From NCBI RefSeq assembly GCF_022539665.2, contig NC_081333.1, positions 8,184,001 through 8,248,000 of the forward strand: DNA of 64,000 bases, read 5' to 3'. Under the pieces are notes generated by a model. The model made no database searches and was not told where the DNA came from. It worked only from the letters and a program-made list of their open reading frames with translations. The stretch's first letter is position 1. The number at the start of each line of letters is the position of its first letter. Below are positions 37,768-52,930 of this stretch, piece by piece. Source of the DNA: Daphnia carinata. Lineage: Eukaryota. A program made the translations under genes and the position numbers.

Positions 37768-38959
37768 GAAAAAAATATTTCTTGACAGGACACATATGTC
37801 ATGTAAGTATCACTATAACAAACGGCTGTTGAACTGCAAACTATTTTTTTTATTGTTCAGGTTAACATCGTGTATTTTAACTGTAAAGTTGAGGATTGAA
37901 TTGAAGACTTTTTTTTTTTTAAGTTAGAAATGTATTGTTCGGACGATACACTATACAGGCCAACATACAAGAGTGGACACAATTATATGAGAGCGCGCCA
38001 GCTTATTACACAAAACATACGATATAGTAGCGTAGACGGTCCACACAAGGACGTGGCATTCTAGCCGCAAGCAGAGTCAGCCCATTAGAACGTGAACTTT
38101 GCTGTTTAGTGTACTGTACCTTACAGCAATCCAGGCCATCGTCCTTCTTTCTCAACTGATCAACAATGACGCTGCTACTTTGCTCGGCTTGCCGAAAATC
38201 TCACATCGTCCTGATTTTAATATCTTATACTTGATGTTCTATCTACCAAACGCCCATGGACAATTGTGTGGCTTTGTTTGTTTCTTTTCCGTTCATGGAC
38301 ACGTTTTACTAGCAGTACCAAATTATAGTGATGTGTTTTACAAATGGGTGAAAGAGTCGGGATTGGAACGAGATCCAGAATGTCAGTGTCAAGTCCAGCA
38401 AGGACACAAGATAATTAACCAATCAAGGGTCTTATAGTATTATTTCAAACAAAAATGCCAATCCATTTTCAATCTAGACAAAATTGTAATAAACGCGTGA
38501 CCGATTTGTCGAGTATAGCAATGACGAATGTAGGACTTGAATAGCCGTGCTACGAGAGAGATGCGATGGCAATCAGCAGACTTCATGACTGATATAACTT
38601 TATAAGCAACTCCGTCGGATAAGATGAGTTCAATATTTTGAAAAAGAAAAAAGAAAACGTAAAATTTCTACAGGTTGGGTCAACACATCAAAGTGATAAT
38701 CATATGACGTGAAAAGAATCAGCTTTGTTCACACAAGAAAGAAAATGACTTAGAATTTAAATATCTGATAGACGGGATCAATTCATAATATAGCAAAGAG
38801 AAATAGAGAGGGTATACAATATAAGTATTCTTTTTTTTCTTCTTCTTCTTCTTCTTATTCAAATAAACGACCAACTTGTGATGCGCACGCCATACATTTT
38901 GCGGCAAATTTATGCAGATGCTAGTTTCGTGATTCCGAGAAAAAAAAAAAGGATTAAAC

Positions 38960-41900
38960 TCACGGCCGAGAGTTGATCCAACTAACGTGGCGTGGGTGGA
39001 CCAGTCCGCCGATCTCGCAGTTGACAGTGCGCGTGTCACCGTTGATGACAAAAATGGCTTCGTTGGCTGGGCTAATCAGGTATGTGCCGAAAAGGCCGGC
39101 GCTTGCGATAGGACGATTGGGAGCTCCCCATTCGGCCAGATGGCCGTCCAACGGTTTACCAACTCCCGTAATGATATCAACTTTTCCTGTGGGACAAGTT
39201 TGATGAGTCTTTGTGTCACGAACTGCGCACTATTTCACCTCTAAGTTCATCTAAAAAAATAAAGAATTTTTTCTCACCTGCTTCCAAGTTGAGGAAGAGG
39301 ACGTCACCCTTGTCGGCAGAAGTTGCGTACAGATCGTAGCTGTGCGATGTCGTCGACGGGTGAAAGATGACGTGGCTGACGTTCAACGTCGTACGCACGT
39401 CAAAGGCAAATTTCAGTCCTTCTTCTACAAGCGTCAAACCCAAAACCAAGATGGCATTTCTTAATTCCCTTCACGCAATCAGGCTTATAGACGTTTTACC
39501 TGTGGTGTGCTGGACAATGAGGGTAACGCTGGTCTTTTCACGGTGGACCGTCACAACGATCCGGCTGTCGGGCGTGATGTAAGGTTGTCCGAGCAAAGTT
39601 ACCTTGTGGCTCAAAACAGTGTCCGTCAGGTAATCCATGACGATTTGTCCGGTCGGACGTCGAGTGACGGGCTCTTCGCACTCCATTATAACTAGCCCAT
39701 CTGTACACATGGTTGAAGAATAAAAACTATTGATCCGCCCGTTGGAAGGGAAAATAATTGGCGAGCGTGACAATGGATCTTACATAACGACGAGTACTGG
39801 AGAGAGCGAGGGACACAGTTGTAGGGAGCCAAATCGATAGCTTTCACATACTTCATTGCAGGCAGACTCAGTTTATAGAGGCCACGCTGATTGGTGTGTG
39901 AAACGTAACCGTACTTGTAACGATGGCCATACTCCTGTCGTTCATTCCGTAAGAATCAACAGCAAAACTTTAGCCCATTTCCTTATGGCACAGGTCTCTT
40001 TCAACGGCGAATACAAATTAAAACTCACCTGCATGGGCGGAATGAATAACGAGTAGACCAGATCAAAGTGGCCGTCGATTGGCTCCGGATGCACAGTATG
40101 ATGTTTCTTTTTCTGACTGGCTTCACGAATCACCTGGATGGTCTTGACGCCATGATCCTCTTCATCACGCCAATTGACAATCCAAACTTGGTCCAGATGT
40201 TCCACATAAAAGATGTCCACTGGATATCGATCGGTCATGATGACCTGCCATCATCAAAGAAACATACGTGATAGTTTGTGGCTGTACATATACTGCCCAT
40301 GGCTAGTTTTGGTCAAACAAAAAAGCCGCAAAACAAAAAGCCGGACAATAAAAAGAAAAAAACAACTATAAAAAAAAAAAACAATGGGAAAATCTGGCAA
40401 TCAAACTTACATCGACAACGACCATTTGTATGTTGCTGATGACGAGGACTCTGTCCTTGTTGGGTTGTGTGACGTAGATGTAGCGATCCGCGACGGCGAT
40501 GGCCCGTCCCCAGCTGCAGTTGACTCCCTTGGCCCCGCAAACGTAGTCCTATAGATGGGTGGCAAAAACATAACGTATGACATGCATCCGTAACACCCGA
40601 AATGTATAGGTCATAACCATAATGGACGTCATATCGAATGGTTCTAGAGTGCAGCACTGCCATTGACACGAGATGAAACGAGAGTGACTAAGTGCTGGTT
40701 GGTATAGCTCTCAAGTAGCACTAGCCCAACTCTATCAATATTCTTTGTATGACCTAGGCTGTCGTCAGCCAGCGTGAAAGAAGACTAGCGTCAAACAACC
40801 TTCGAATGTGTCCTCGTGCAGGGAAAAATGAACGCTCTTATTATACACGCCTGTGACAATTCCACTAGCGGCACATCATCAGTTGGAGTAGGCTATATAA
40901 GAGCAATATAAAAGAATCTAACATCGAGTTCCAACGACATTTCTGCCAGCATAGTGCGGCATGTGAACGATGTGATGCGCAGGGAATGTCAATATATGAA
41001 CAGACTATTTTTCCTTTTTTTTTCTACCGTGGTTTCCCCGTATTGTGTTTCTGTCTTCTTTTTCTATTTTCTTCCCTTATGTCTTGACTCGTTTATAGTC
41101 GATAGTAGTACGTCGTAGAATATAGAGTCCTTACTTGTGTTCCGGGCATGATGTCTGTCGACTGGATCATGTGCAGCAACCGGCAGTTTTGCGGCTCGTA
41201 GACTGAGACTCCCCAATCATGAAAGACGAAAAACTTCTTATTGCTCTCGCTCAGCAGACTCTCTTCTGTTCCACCAGCGAGGTACATCCGGAGCAAGAAA
41301 ACAAAAAGACATACAAAAAAAAAAAAAAAGAGGGAAATAAACAAAAAGAGCTTGATTAGATCTTTTGGCCGACAATGCAGGTTGGTAACGAAGCGAGATC
41401 TAATCACGCCGAGCATGGCAGCAACGATGACGACTGTAGACTCAGCACGTAACAAACACAGAACGCATCCATCTCGAATGAAAAAAGAAAGGAAAAAAAG
41501 ACATCCCACAAACTTACTGGGCGTGGAGTCATCTTGGACGACAAGCGAAGAAATGTCGCGGGCCAAGCCTCCGATGCTGCTCGCCTGGCACATGTAGGCT
41601 CCCGTATCGGCAAAGTTGATCGAGTGGATCTTGAGTCCGCTGTAGGATCCGATCGACTCGATCCGCTCTCCCGCGTTACTCCGCAAAGGCTCATCATTCT
41701 TCAGCCACTCCACCTGATGAACGTCAGCAGAAACAATCCATTTTTTAAAGCATGTCATCAAGATCTATTATAGTTTCAAAATATGCACAGTGCGCTTGTT
41801 GCCGTGCGGCAGAGCGGACAACAAAACGCAAAAATAAGAAACATTTTTTGTTTTGTCTATTGACAAGAACAAAACGATCGATGTCTCCAAGGCTGTCCAG

Positions 41901-44900
41901 GTGTATGTACATTGTCTATACTAGCATGTACAGCTCGAATAGTGTGTACAGTAGCCTACTTCAAGTTATTGATCGAAAGCCCCCGAACGGTTAGTTAGGC
42001 GGCTTTGACGAACAAGAGAAAGAGAAAGAACAAATACAGACATGTACGACAAGCATAGATCTAGAGGCTGAATAAACAGCAAGCACACACCATCAGTTAT
42101 GGCTGGCGTACCTACTAAATAAGGCAGAAGGATGAATAAATGAAATGAACCTACTTTTGGGAAAGGGACCCCAACAGCATGGCATTTCATCAGACTGTCT
42201 TCCCCAGGCCGGCGTGATTGTATCCTTGGTGTCACGCGAACTTCGGGCAAAGCTGTTCGTGCATAACGGTACAACAGGAGACGTAGCAAAAAAAAAAAGT
42301 AAAACTTTTATTAGAATAATAAAACTATATATGGGACAAGAGCCAAGAGTGGCCAACGTCAGAACAGTTTGCGTCTACACGAAAGTGAATCAGCTAACAA
42401 ATCAATAGCTAACCAAACCTCCCCTACCACTAGGAAAAGCCAACGACTCACGGCGGAATACAGGAAGGGCACGATAGGCTGCGAGTTTCGTGGATTCGCT
42501 TGATTGGCTTCGTTACGTATGTAAAGCAGCGCTAAGTAACTATCGGGAGGTTTTGTTTTTCTGTTTTTTTTTTCTTGAACAAAGATGTACATATATAGTC
42601 AAATTCGACCAATTTCCTCGTTTTTGTATGTCTACATTCAAACGGCTTTTTTAAGGGCTGGTGGTTTTATCTCTTGGAAGGCTGCAACAAACATCGATCC
42701 ATCTTCACTGATACGATCGAAGGCGGAGCTGTGTTTGCCTGTTGTTTTTTTCAAATCGTCCGAAAAAAAATCTTTTAAACATTTGTTCCATGACTTTTTT
42801 TTCCCTTTACAGCATCCACGGGCAGACTTTATTCAGTCATTCCGAAAAGCAATCCAATACGCCATCCGACCAATGACCCTCGCGTCCATTGTGTTCGGTG
42901 GCCTCGACGCTTTGGCGGATACAATACGATAAGAGCAACAACAACAATAACTATTCCGTCGTGGTTGACTCGACTTTTGGCTTTTTCCCGTTGTGTGTCG
43001 GGAATGAGGGGAGAGGCGGGTGGAGAGAGAAAGAAGGAAGTTTTTGGCTGGGCAACGAGGCCACATAAAGCAGTCCATTTGGAAAGCCTCTGAGAGACGG
43101 AAAGAAATCGGTAATCGTGACTGACTGTGCACGTGGAGAACGTGAGTCTGGACGACGTCTTTGTTGCGCTGGGCGTGGCAGGTGTAGTTTCCGGCGTGAA
43201 TGAGACGGACGTTGTTGATGTAAAGGGCTCCGTCGGGGAAGACTTTGAGTTCATCCTCGGCCAACTGAGCCAGGTCGAGGCCGTGCCGTCTCCACACGAT
43301 CGGAGGCGTCGGCGATCCAGTCACGTCGCACTTGATCTCGATGTTGTCGCCGACTCTGGCTGAGACTTGATTCAATTCCAGGGCTTTGTCCAGCGAGACC
43401 ACCGAGACACCTATTTTTTAAGAAAATGTTTAAGAAATATTCAGAAAAAGAACGACGACGTACATCCTTGAAATTGATGGAAAATTGAGATGGAAATATT
43501 TAGATAGCCCATGTCAACAACCACCGATTGAAAAAAGATATCACTTTCCTTCAGGCAAAGCGAGAGCCTTTTTTTTTCTCATTCCTTCTACTTGAAATCG
43601 TTTAATAACAACCTCTTCAATAGCCTACAGTAGACAAATTGGTATTTTTGTGTGGGGGAGGTCCATGAAATACTCGTGAAAGTTGAATCACCATGACGAA
43701 GTTACAGCGAGAAGGACCACTGGGATTGGCATAACGAAATATAAAAACTATCTTTTGACCCTTTTAACTTTGCATTTTTCTGTTTAAGTGCGGGCCTCCG
43801 GTTCTATCATTTTCCTTTTATCCTCTTCACTGGTTCCTTTATTTGCTTCTTTCGTTCCTCTCTACTATGTATATGCCGACCGATATTAAATTTCTTGCAG
43901 GCAGTGCGTCAATTCAATCCGCTGTAGGAACTCTATTATTTAGCACCTTCTTACCATACGAATAAAAAATGGCCAGTGAAGGCGGGCAGAATGGAAGAAA
44001 TTGCGAATGACGTCAATAACGTGAAAGAACCAACAAAAAAAGGAGCTTAGAAAAATGGAAACGTAAGATAAACAGTATGAAACGTGTCAAAGCGGATATG
44101 CTTAGCAACACAGTCCGGACGGAAAAGTCTATATTTAAGCGTGCAGGTCTCAGATTATCAGTTTCACGGTTGACTGATCACATAGGCCTCCATTCTTTCC
44201 ATTGAGTCCTAGCAGGCCGGACGTCCCTGTCCACTAAAAAAAAAAAGGGAGTTTTTCTCGTGATGATTTACGACCCTTGAAATCGATTCGAAGGGCAGAG
44301 ACGTTCTGGTAGCTGTTGAAATTCCTCGCACACATTCCCCAATAAAATAAAGAGGCTAAACATAATGTCTGGGCATCGGCAAACAAATAAGTGGGATGCG
44401 GCATATTATAGCAATTTGATCTTCCTTCCGATTATTTTGCCGCATAGTCCCATCGACGCTTCCATATCCTTAACCTTTTTAGAACCCGGCCAAAAAAATG
44501 AACCAAATAGCAAAGCCGAATAGCCGGAATTGAAATTCGCTATGTGGAGCTCGTTCGAACAAAAGACGATGACAACAAGCCGCAATGTCGTCGACATCCG
44601 CCGGAATATAGGGTAACTACATCAGGAGCTACTGAGTGTGTATCCAACATCCGCCCTTCTCCCCCTCCCGCCAAAAAAAAAAGAACTGGAGGTATCAACA
44701 GACCTAAGCTTTTTGGTTACCAAGGCAACACTGGTTTTTACGTGACTGTACTGCTCCATTGCGAATATTGTGCCATATATCACATATAAGGAAACGCCTC
44801 CAAGTACATTCTCACGGAGTGCTGTGCAAAGATCAAAGCGTAATCTACAACAGTGTGCATAGAGTATACAGATATATATATGCATAAGCCTGTCTCCTTG

Positions 44901-47900
44901 CGGATGCGAAACGGCGGTTCAAAACCTTCGTCGTTTCTTATGGTAGACGAGGCGAATGGATGGCGAACATGAAAAAGTAAATAACCCGTCATGTCTCGTT
45001 TTCAAAACAATTTGACAGGCGGTAAAATGTTGTTGTTATACTGCCGGCTCTGGTTGGAGGGAGACAGGCAAACATAATACAAAAAAAAAAAACTATTCCA
45101 CACAGTCTCTGATGTCGTAGATTTTCTTTTCCTGCTTTGTCTCTGTTTCTAATTTGTTTTTCAGTTTCTCCTTTTTTTTGTAGATCAATCAGAAGTTTGG
45201 GTTCGAAAGAGAATGACAGTTGTGAACTTACTGTAAAGCTTGCTGAAGGCGGCGTAGAATTCGTTGAGATTGAGATGCGTGTCGTGATCGACGTCGTCGT
45301 AGGCCAACATGTCCGACAGGGAACACTCTTTCGACAGCTGCGAGAGATGTTCATCCTCGAACGTCTACACGAGAGAAGAACAACAATAACATCAGGGCGA
45401 GGGGACAAGGTTCCAATCATCGCTAAGCTGCTTTGGGGAAAAGCTCTTCGGTATCATTTGAATAATACGTTTGGAGCAAGCAAATTTTATTGGAAAAAAA
45501 AAAGAGATCGATACCTTAGACAACTCTTCCGCTTCGAGTAATCCGTTATTGTTGAGATCGTAGTGGCTGAACATGAGACTGACCAGGTAGTCTTTGCTTC
45601 CGGCATTGCTGTGTCCATCTTCCATGGACGATAGGCGAGCGTGGTTATATAGAAGTAAATTATCCTAAAAAAAAAAAAACAGAAAAACAAAGAGAAATAA
45701 GATAATGATGGAATATAGAAGAATAAGAGCCGTTTATTGGGAAAGTTAGCAGCTGACAATGCCTCCTTTTTGCGATGGATAAAGGCATCCATCCGATCAG
45801 ATCGGGAAGCAATAAGATGATGTTCGCACTCTCCTTGTCAAATGTAGCACGTCTCTCGAATCATACTGCGTAAATAAAAAAAGAAAAGAAGACTTGCCTT
45901 TAGTATTTCGTAATCTTGTTGCGAGCAGATCGAAGACGAAGCTGGCGTCAAAAAGGAATCGATTGCGAGATCCGACTGACTGGTGCTCTTGGCATCGACG
46001 CCCGTCTCCAACGTTGTGGATATCATCGAATATGAAGACGAGTCAGCCGATCCAGCCGCTGCCACTGATGTCTCCACTGAGAAAGTCGACTGGACTGTGG
46101 CCGTTGTCCAACTGCTTCTGTCATCTTTGCCAGCAGTTGGATGCTGCTGGATTCGATCGTCTTCAGAAGAGGCAGTCCTGCTGCTATCTCCGCTTTTGTT
46201 TCCATCTAACCACACAATGAGATCAAGAGATTTGAATCGTATCCAGCACCGCGCATCCAATACATCTATTAGACAGTTATTCCTCTGCACCGACCAGATA
46301 TGTTTCAGTCTTTTTTTTTTTTTTTTTCAAAGAGAAAGAAAAATAATAATATGAATCTGTCCGCAAGAGCGGTCGCGGACCCTTTTGATGGATCACGTCG
46401 ATTGCGGATGTTGATAGCGACCACAGGAGAGCTGGCCCAACCCTGGCCATATATCAAAGTATTTATATGTATACATATATATATGGTAAATCGCTCTTGG
46501 AAAGCTCTCTGATGTGATGGTACATAGTGGAAACGTCCAAACGTGAACCGTCCTTCTAAAAAGTCCCATGTTGTGCGCTTATGACCAACTTCATATATAA
46601 CCACTGTATTGTGCAACTACTGTATCTTGCAAGCGAACCCCACTAAAAAAAAAAAAAACAGAAAACAAAAAAATACGTTGCACGCAACCTGGACGCGGAC
46701 CGATTACCGTCTACAGCTGAACGAAACACGACAAGCAATTTCCCCCCAAAAGAAATTGCTTTTGCTTGATAATAAACGAAGTTAGTTTTTACTGTTTACA
46801 TGGAATCTTGTTTACGGCTACAACAACAACCGTTTCTTTCAACGTTGGAAATTACCAACGGCCGCATAGCGGGCGTATCTCGTCTATGTAACCTGGTTTT
46901 CATGGTAAGAGGGACAAAGCAAACAGAAATTGTTTTAGGACATTTACCGGGAAACCGCTAGTGTTTGAAATAAATCGCAAAATGTTATAGTCCGTCAGTA
47001 TAATATATACACGAACTTTATATGCATAAAAATGGCTGGCGGTGCCAGGGTGCGTGTCGGGCACAAACACGACAATAGCAACAGCGATACACTAAAGAAA
47101 ATTGTGCAGAGCTATTTTTCTAGCCGTCTCGGGAAAAAGATGGAAACGCGTGCCAAGCGGTGCCGTCGCCTACGGCAGCGTCCGTGCCCGATAATCATAA
47201 CTCTTGGGGAACAGTCAACATTCGCACCTAATGGCTTCAACTCTTGAGCGCACAATAAACGCGGCCACTTCGTTCTTACGGAAAGCCATTTTCAGAAAAA
47301 AAAAATATAGAGCTTTATATTGCATTCCGCGGTGTTCTATAAAAATAGCTGAACGTCGCTTAAAAAAAATAATAATAATATGTTTAATCGTTTTGTTCGT
47401 TACCTCTACGACGTAGACAGAGGTAGGTGTGATCGATAGCGATGGGCTGATTGGATAAACAGGCGGCCCGATGAAGTTCGCAGTGGCTGGAATAAAGGAT
47501 GCCGTCCGTTCCTGAAATATGTATTATGAAAACGAAAAATGGAATACACGTGCGTGAAAATGTTTAATTATCTAGAAATGTCTCTTTCGAAAGGTGTCAC
47601 GAGAAAGAAAACAAAATCAAACGACTTCTTTTGTTGGATGAATTTTTCTTTGTTCTTTTTATGCTTACCGCAAATTAATTTGTGGTGTCGGCGACATTTC
47701 CTGACGCAGACGCATTCGGGATGTCCTTGTGCATTCATCTGGCATTCACGACCGCGACCGCAAAACAGACTGCTACATGAATCTGTAATCGTCAATAGTA
47801 AAACAATCGAATCAAGCCGTTATTCATGTCTCTCTGTGCTCGCTTTTCACTCGATAATTCAATTTGCTCTTTTGTTCGCCTCGTCTTCTCAGCTAGAAAT

Positions 47901-50900
47901 TTCGCTTCAATTCAAAACACGCAAATTCTATAGATCCCCCAGTTCGCTCAATCTCTCCTATCCGCCATTGTGTGGCCCTTCTTTTTTTCTTTTTTTTTCC
48001 CACAACTGCCATCCCATTTGGATAGTATAGGACGTAGTGCAGAACAAAAATGAAATGGTTGGGGGAAAAGGACAGAAAATGAAAGAGAAATGTGAACTAA
48101 CGACTTATTTCTAGCCGTCTGCTATTATCGACTAACTGTCAACGGTCTTTTGAAAACTTGATACGAATCCCGTAACAAAGCTTAAAAGGGTTTATCGTGG
48201 AAACTTGCGAGCCGTTAATGATAAGAGGCTCCTAGGATGTCAAACACAGGGAAAGCGCGTAGCAACTTGGTATAAAGAAAAGGCGAATAAAAAATAGAAA
48301 AAGACATTTATTTTTGTTAATAATTGGTTCGCTTCATTAGCTTCAAAGCGCGGATCGATTTACGCTGCGCTGTTTCGACATCGCATTTCCGGGTCGATGA
48401 TGGACGTCTTCGGATTACGTGGATCAAATGTCAGACAAAGAGAGAATCCTGCTTTCTCTCGATGTGTACCATTACCAATCCTCTAATTTTGATTATTCTA
48501 CCACCCACCCCTTCTCCCATCGCTTTCGATGATTGTTCACGTTTAAGTACATACAAAGGTATTCGGATGAACGACCTATCTGTCTACACACATGCTGCCT
48601 TTTGTCAGCTTCAGCCAATGCGGGGACAGCGAAAGACCCTTTATCTTTTCCTCTTTATTTTTTTTTTTTGTTGAACTTTTTGTAACTCAATTTTCACGCG
48701 TGAACAATGGGGGTGTGTGTGGGGTTGCGTTTGTTCAAAGAAAACAGCATCAGCGTCTTTTTCTTTCGTTGTCGTTCGTGATTTTCATCGTCACGCAAAA
48801 AAAAAGAGAGTCGCGACCCGCTGTAAAAATCACGCACGCTTATCCATTGGCAATATCTTGTTTTCCTATTGTGCAAAAAGAAATGGACATCTTTCGTGTT
48901 TATCTACTTTTTTCTTTTCTTTTCTTGCCTTGATGTCGTTTCGTTTCTATTTTTTTTTTTTTTTAAAGCTATCTGGATTTTTGTTTCTTTCTAGCCTGCA
49001 AACCTTTCGTTTTTGTGTTACTTTTTTGCGGGTGCAAGGTCAAGAGTGGGGAACCGGATCGATTCCCGCGGGACGAATGCCAACGTGAATCGTAGGCTAC
49101 CGACACGCATTCGGCCACACCCGGACGAATTCTGCAGCTCTGCGGTCGTTTTTCTTTTTTTCAATCCCACCCATTACCAGTCGGTAAGCGATTCTCGAGC
49201 GCAGAACGTTACGGACCGAAACAACGTATTAAGAAAAAATGCAGAATTTTATGTTTTTATGTTCTGCCTTTTAATTATGGAAAGTTTTGGTCATTTAGTT
49301 GAAAATGTGCTGACTTTACATGTACGTCGTTTTTAATCTTTTTTTCTTCTATTCTCTTTAAGATTGCCTTTACCTCTTGCCGCTCTCAGCTGTTTCGTGA
49401 GCATCCTTGGGTCACGGTGGACCATGAAAAGACCCTTAACCGTCCGTTGTTTTTCGTCCGGGAGTTTTGGGCACGCCTCTCAGAGTATCATCCTTATTCA
49501 AGATACTACCCTTTCCTTTCCTTTTTCAATTCTAAACACATATTTTCTTTAGCAAAGTAGTCGAATGCCCTCCTACGCCTCAGTTGGACTACTGGTTAAA
49601 ACACCTTGCATTTGAATATTCTTTTCATTTCATTGTCTTCCTCTATTATCTCGTGTCTTAACACAGGCTAACCACACACAAGAAGAAAGGTTATGGCAAT
49701 CGTTTTTTCGCCATAAAAAGTTTAAACCTTTTTCCTGTTGCCATCTCGATTAGCAGGGGGGGGGGGCTAAGGTTTCAACCTACAATTATCCCACCGTTAT
49801 TAGTTTTCTTTGCTGACTGCTGCACTTAAAGATCTACAGGATTCACAGGAGTCTATTACTCGTCGAAATACGCAGAGGCTAAACTAACTCGAACGCGTTG
49901 GAGGGGCTGTCTGCTGGATAGTGCCATAGCCAGACAACGATGATATACACACACGTCAAGTTCAGCCAGTTGGCTTTGCTGCTGGATGGTATTGATCGCC
50001 TAATAGCCACCGCAAACTCCACTGCGCTTTGGCCTGGCCATGAAACGCGGCCTATGTGTATTCCTCGTCATCATTAGATATTGGGATTCGCTTCATCGCT
50101 TTCTCCACAGCATCGGAAGGTAAAAAAAAAAAAAGGGGGGGGGGGACTTGCGCATCCGCGCAAGCATATGATGTAATACAAGTGTGAGAGTTCGTTGTTG
50201 TGGGAGCTGATCCCGCTGATCTCTGTGTCAAGATAACAAGACAACACACACAAAGAAAATATTTTAAAAGTCCTTAATGAAGGGAAGTTGGACACTGTGT
50301 GAACATGTTAACGCTAGCAGAATGGAAGGAAGCCAATCACAAAAGAAAACGTTGATTGACTCTCGTTTCCAGAGTCCCTCGTTTCGTTTTGTCTAACTTT
50401 GATGAAAAGACGGACGTCTAGGGATGGCGAGCGTGTAGCATCTGCTATGCAGGATGCTGATGAAAAATTGAACTCAAACAAGTTTCTCCCTAAAGGCTGA
50501 CGCATGTCTCTTGCGTATAGACTTTTAGATTTCTTTCACGTTCGTTCGCAAGACTTTTTTTTTCTTCCTTTCTTTGACGTGTGTGATGCTTTTCTTTTTT
50601 TATTAATCATTACCCCGTTTGACGGCGATGGTGATTTCCTGTCGCAGAAGTGCCTCGACGTCGTATTCAGACGATGATGCGTCACGATGTCTTCGTGATT
50701 TCTGAACGGAAGGGCAATAATAAAAAAAAAAAAGAAATTAACAATTTACGGTAATCATGGGGTCGGTAATGTACAGCAAAGAGAGAAATGGTACCACGAG
50801 TTGTTCGACGCTTTTCATCGACGATTCGGCGGGTACGAGAAGAACGACACTGAGTAGCAACAGGGCGGCGCAGAGGTGTCGACACCTCGCCACATCACCG

Positions 50901-50908
50901 GAAGCCAT
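38960..50908 (-). CDS. Follistatin-related protein 4/5-like (signal peptide, follistatin/Kazal, EF-hand, two Ig domains, C-terminal beta-propeller-like region), 17 exons
   Basis: Exons 50908-50795 (or 50750), 50701-50614, 47782-47669, 47511-47404, 46205-45898, 45664-45515, 45364-45232, 43410-43126, 42252-42155, 41713-41518, 41265-41135, 40548-40411, 40244-40029, 39934-39784, 39700-39500, 39424-39278 and 39186-38960, with consistent phases. Signal peptide (LCAALLLLSVVLLVPAES), CGRGRECQ...CVCVRKC...ICGTDGILYSSHCELHRAAC, EF-hands (DLNNNGLLEAEE, DVDHDTHLNLNEF), Ig motifs (HAGNYTC, DTGAYMC). Domain order matches vertebrate FSTL4/FSTL5. Confidence 0.92.
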
Positions 50909-52812
50909 GATCGTCTTTTGTTTATTTCGTTTCCTTCTGGTCGGGACTAACGCGAGCCACAACTACTGCCGGACAAACAATAGCAACTAATCACTGTATA
51001 GCACCACAGATGAATTCACGCGAAGAAAAGGAGGTTTGCTCGTAAAAGTCCATCAACACAAAACAACACGACAGAGACGACGTTCAATAAAATTCACGTC
51101 TACACTCTACGAAGGCTGAGCTGCGACTACCGACCTCTAACAAACGCGCGCACCCATCACACGCCCTCTAATCCTCCCTCTCTTTTTCTTCAACCCCTCG
51201 CTTCTCTTGTATAAAGAACACGCCATCTATAGCAGCCAGTCTACTTACGAAATGTGCGTGGAAAACGAATGTCCACGGATTTGCAATCTGATTCTGTTTT
51301 TTTTTTTTTTTTTTTTGCCACATATCGAAATATCAGCATGCCTCATCTGCTTTGGGTGTGACCCCCCTTGTGGATTCCTATCCGAAATCGAAATCACGGC
51401 TCACAAAAGAAAATCTCAATGATTGAAGTTTAAGACGGTTAGCAACCGATTCGTCATCCTGCGATGCGTAGGGAAAAAAAAAAGAACATCTAAAAATATC
51501 TATTTGAAAAAATAAATGGTTTGACCTTTTTTTTTCTTCTTATTGTTGTTCACCTACTCCTGGGGTAGGAGGATGTGTTTTTTTTTTTTTTGTTGGCAGT
51601 GCTCGTGTGCGCGCGCGCGGTTCATCAGCCGCCCCATCATACGACTAAAGAATGGGAATTTAAAAAAAAGAGAGAAAACGAACAGGTAGAAGGAGAAGCC
51701 AGGTGCGGTCGTTTTTCTCGCTTCCAGGCTCTCTATACCTACACCACTACACCAAACACTCACTGCAAAAGAGGGCAGAGAGGATATAATTCGCCCCCAC
51801 GAAACCCCAATTTGTTTCCCTTCGAAAAAAGAAAAGGTTTCTTCTTCTTTTTTCCCACTTTTTTTTTACTGGTACTAACAACTTATACTTTACGTAGCAG
51901 ACTGATTCTTTTCGGGTGTTCGTTAGGGAGCCTCTTCAGTAAATCCTCGTTCATTCCCTTCATCTTCTTCTTTTCTCATTTTCTGAGGGGGAGGGGGGGG
52001 TTTCCCTAGAGGGGAATAAGAAAAAGACTTATTTTGTACGCTTGTTTGTGTCGAGTTCAAAAAATACCCCGTTTTCCACTCTCTCCTTCAACCCACCCCT
52101 CCAGGTACATGGTATTACAAAAAAAGTTCTACCGTGTTTTTCTTTTCGGTTAGTTATGTTGGCCACCGGACATCTTATCGACCCCCTAGCGGGACGGGTC
52201 GAGGTTTATTTAAAAAAAAAAATACATTTCACCCCATCTATTTCATGTTAATTCTTTCCCCATCTTCATCTTTTTTTTTTGTTACGGGTTGTAAGGAGGG
52301 GAAAGAAGCATTTAGCAGCACAGCACCTGCCCCCACTTTCTTTATTCACGACCCGTTCTCTCACCCGTATCTGCTGTAATAACTATGGCTACGACATACC
52401 AAAGTGCTAATCAAAATGCCATTTGCCTCTTTTGGCGTGAGTTTGTATCATTCAAAGCGCAGTTGACAGCTTGTTCAGAAAAAGCATTTGAACTGAATGA
52501 ATCGTATAAAGCAACGCACGAAAAGGAATGTAATGATATAAAGAATTAAAGGAAAAAAAAAAAAACGAGTCAGATAGAAAAGCTTATAATAGTACCCGGT
52601 CGTTACGTAGAGAACTGCAGCGGTGATTGAATGACCCAAAGGACACCGTACGCAAAATCATTGGAGCGTGAGTTGCCAGTCAGCGCAACACACACAAACA
52701 CACCCACACACGCTAGACTGCTAGTGCCAAGTTTTACCATGTGTGTGCGTATGTGTATACTAGCAACGGATGGTTCCCGAAGGCTTGCGTGACTGCAATA
52801 GTAACCTGGAAG

Positions 52813-52930
<118 letters not shown>

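Noticed and set aside
38973..46354. Plus-strand ORFs overlapping the follistatin-like exons
   Set aside because: They are antisense shadows of GC-richer coding exons.
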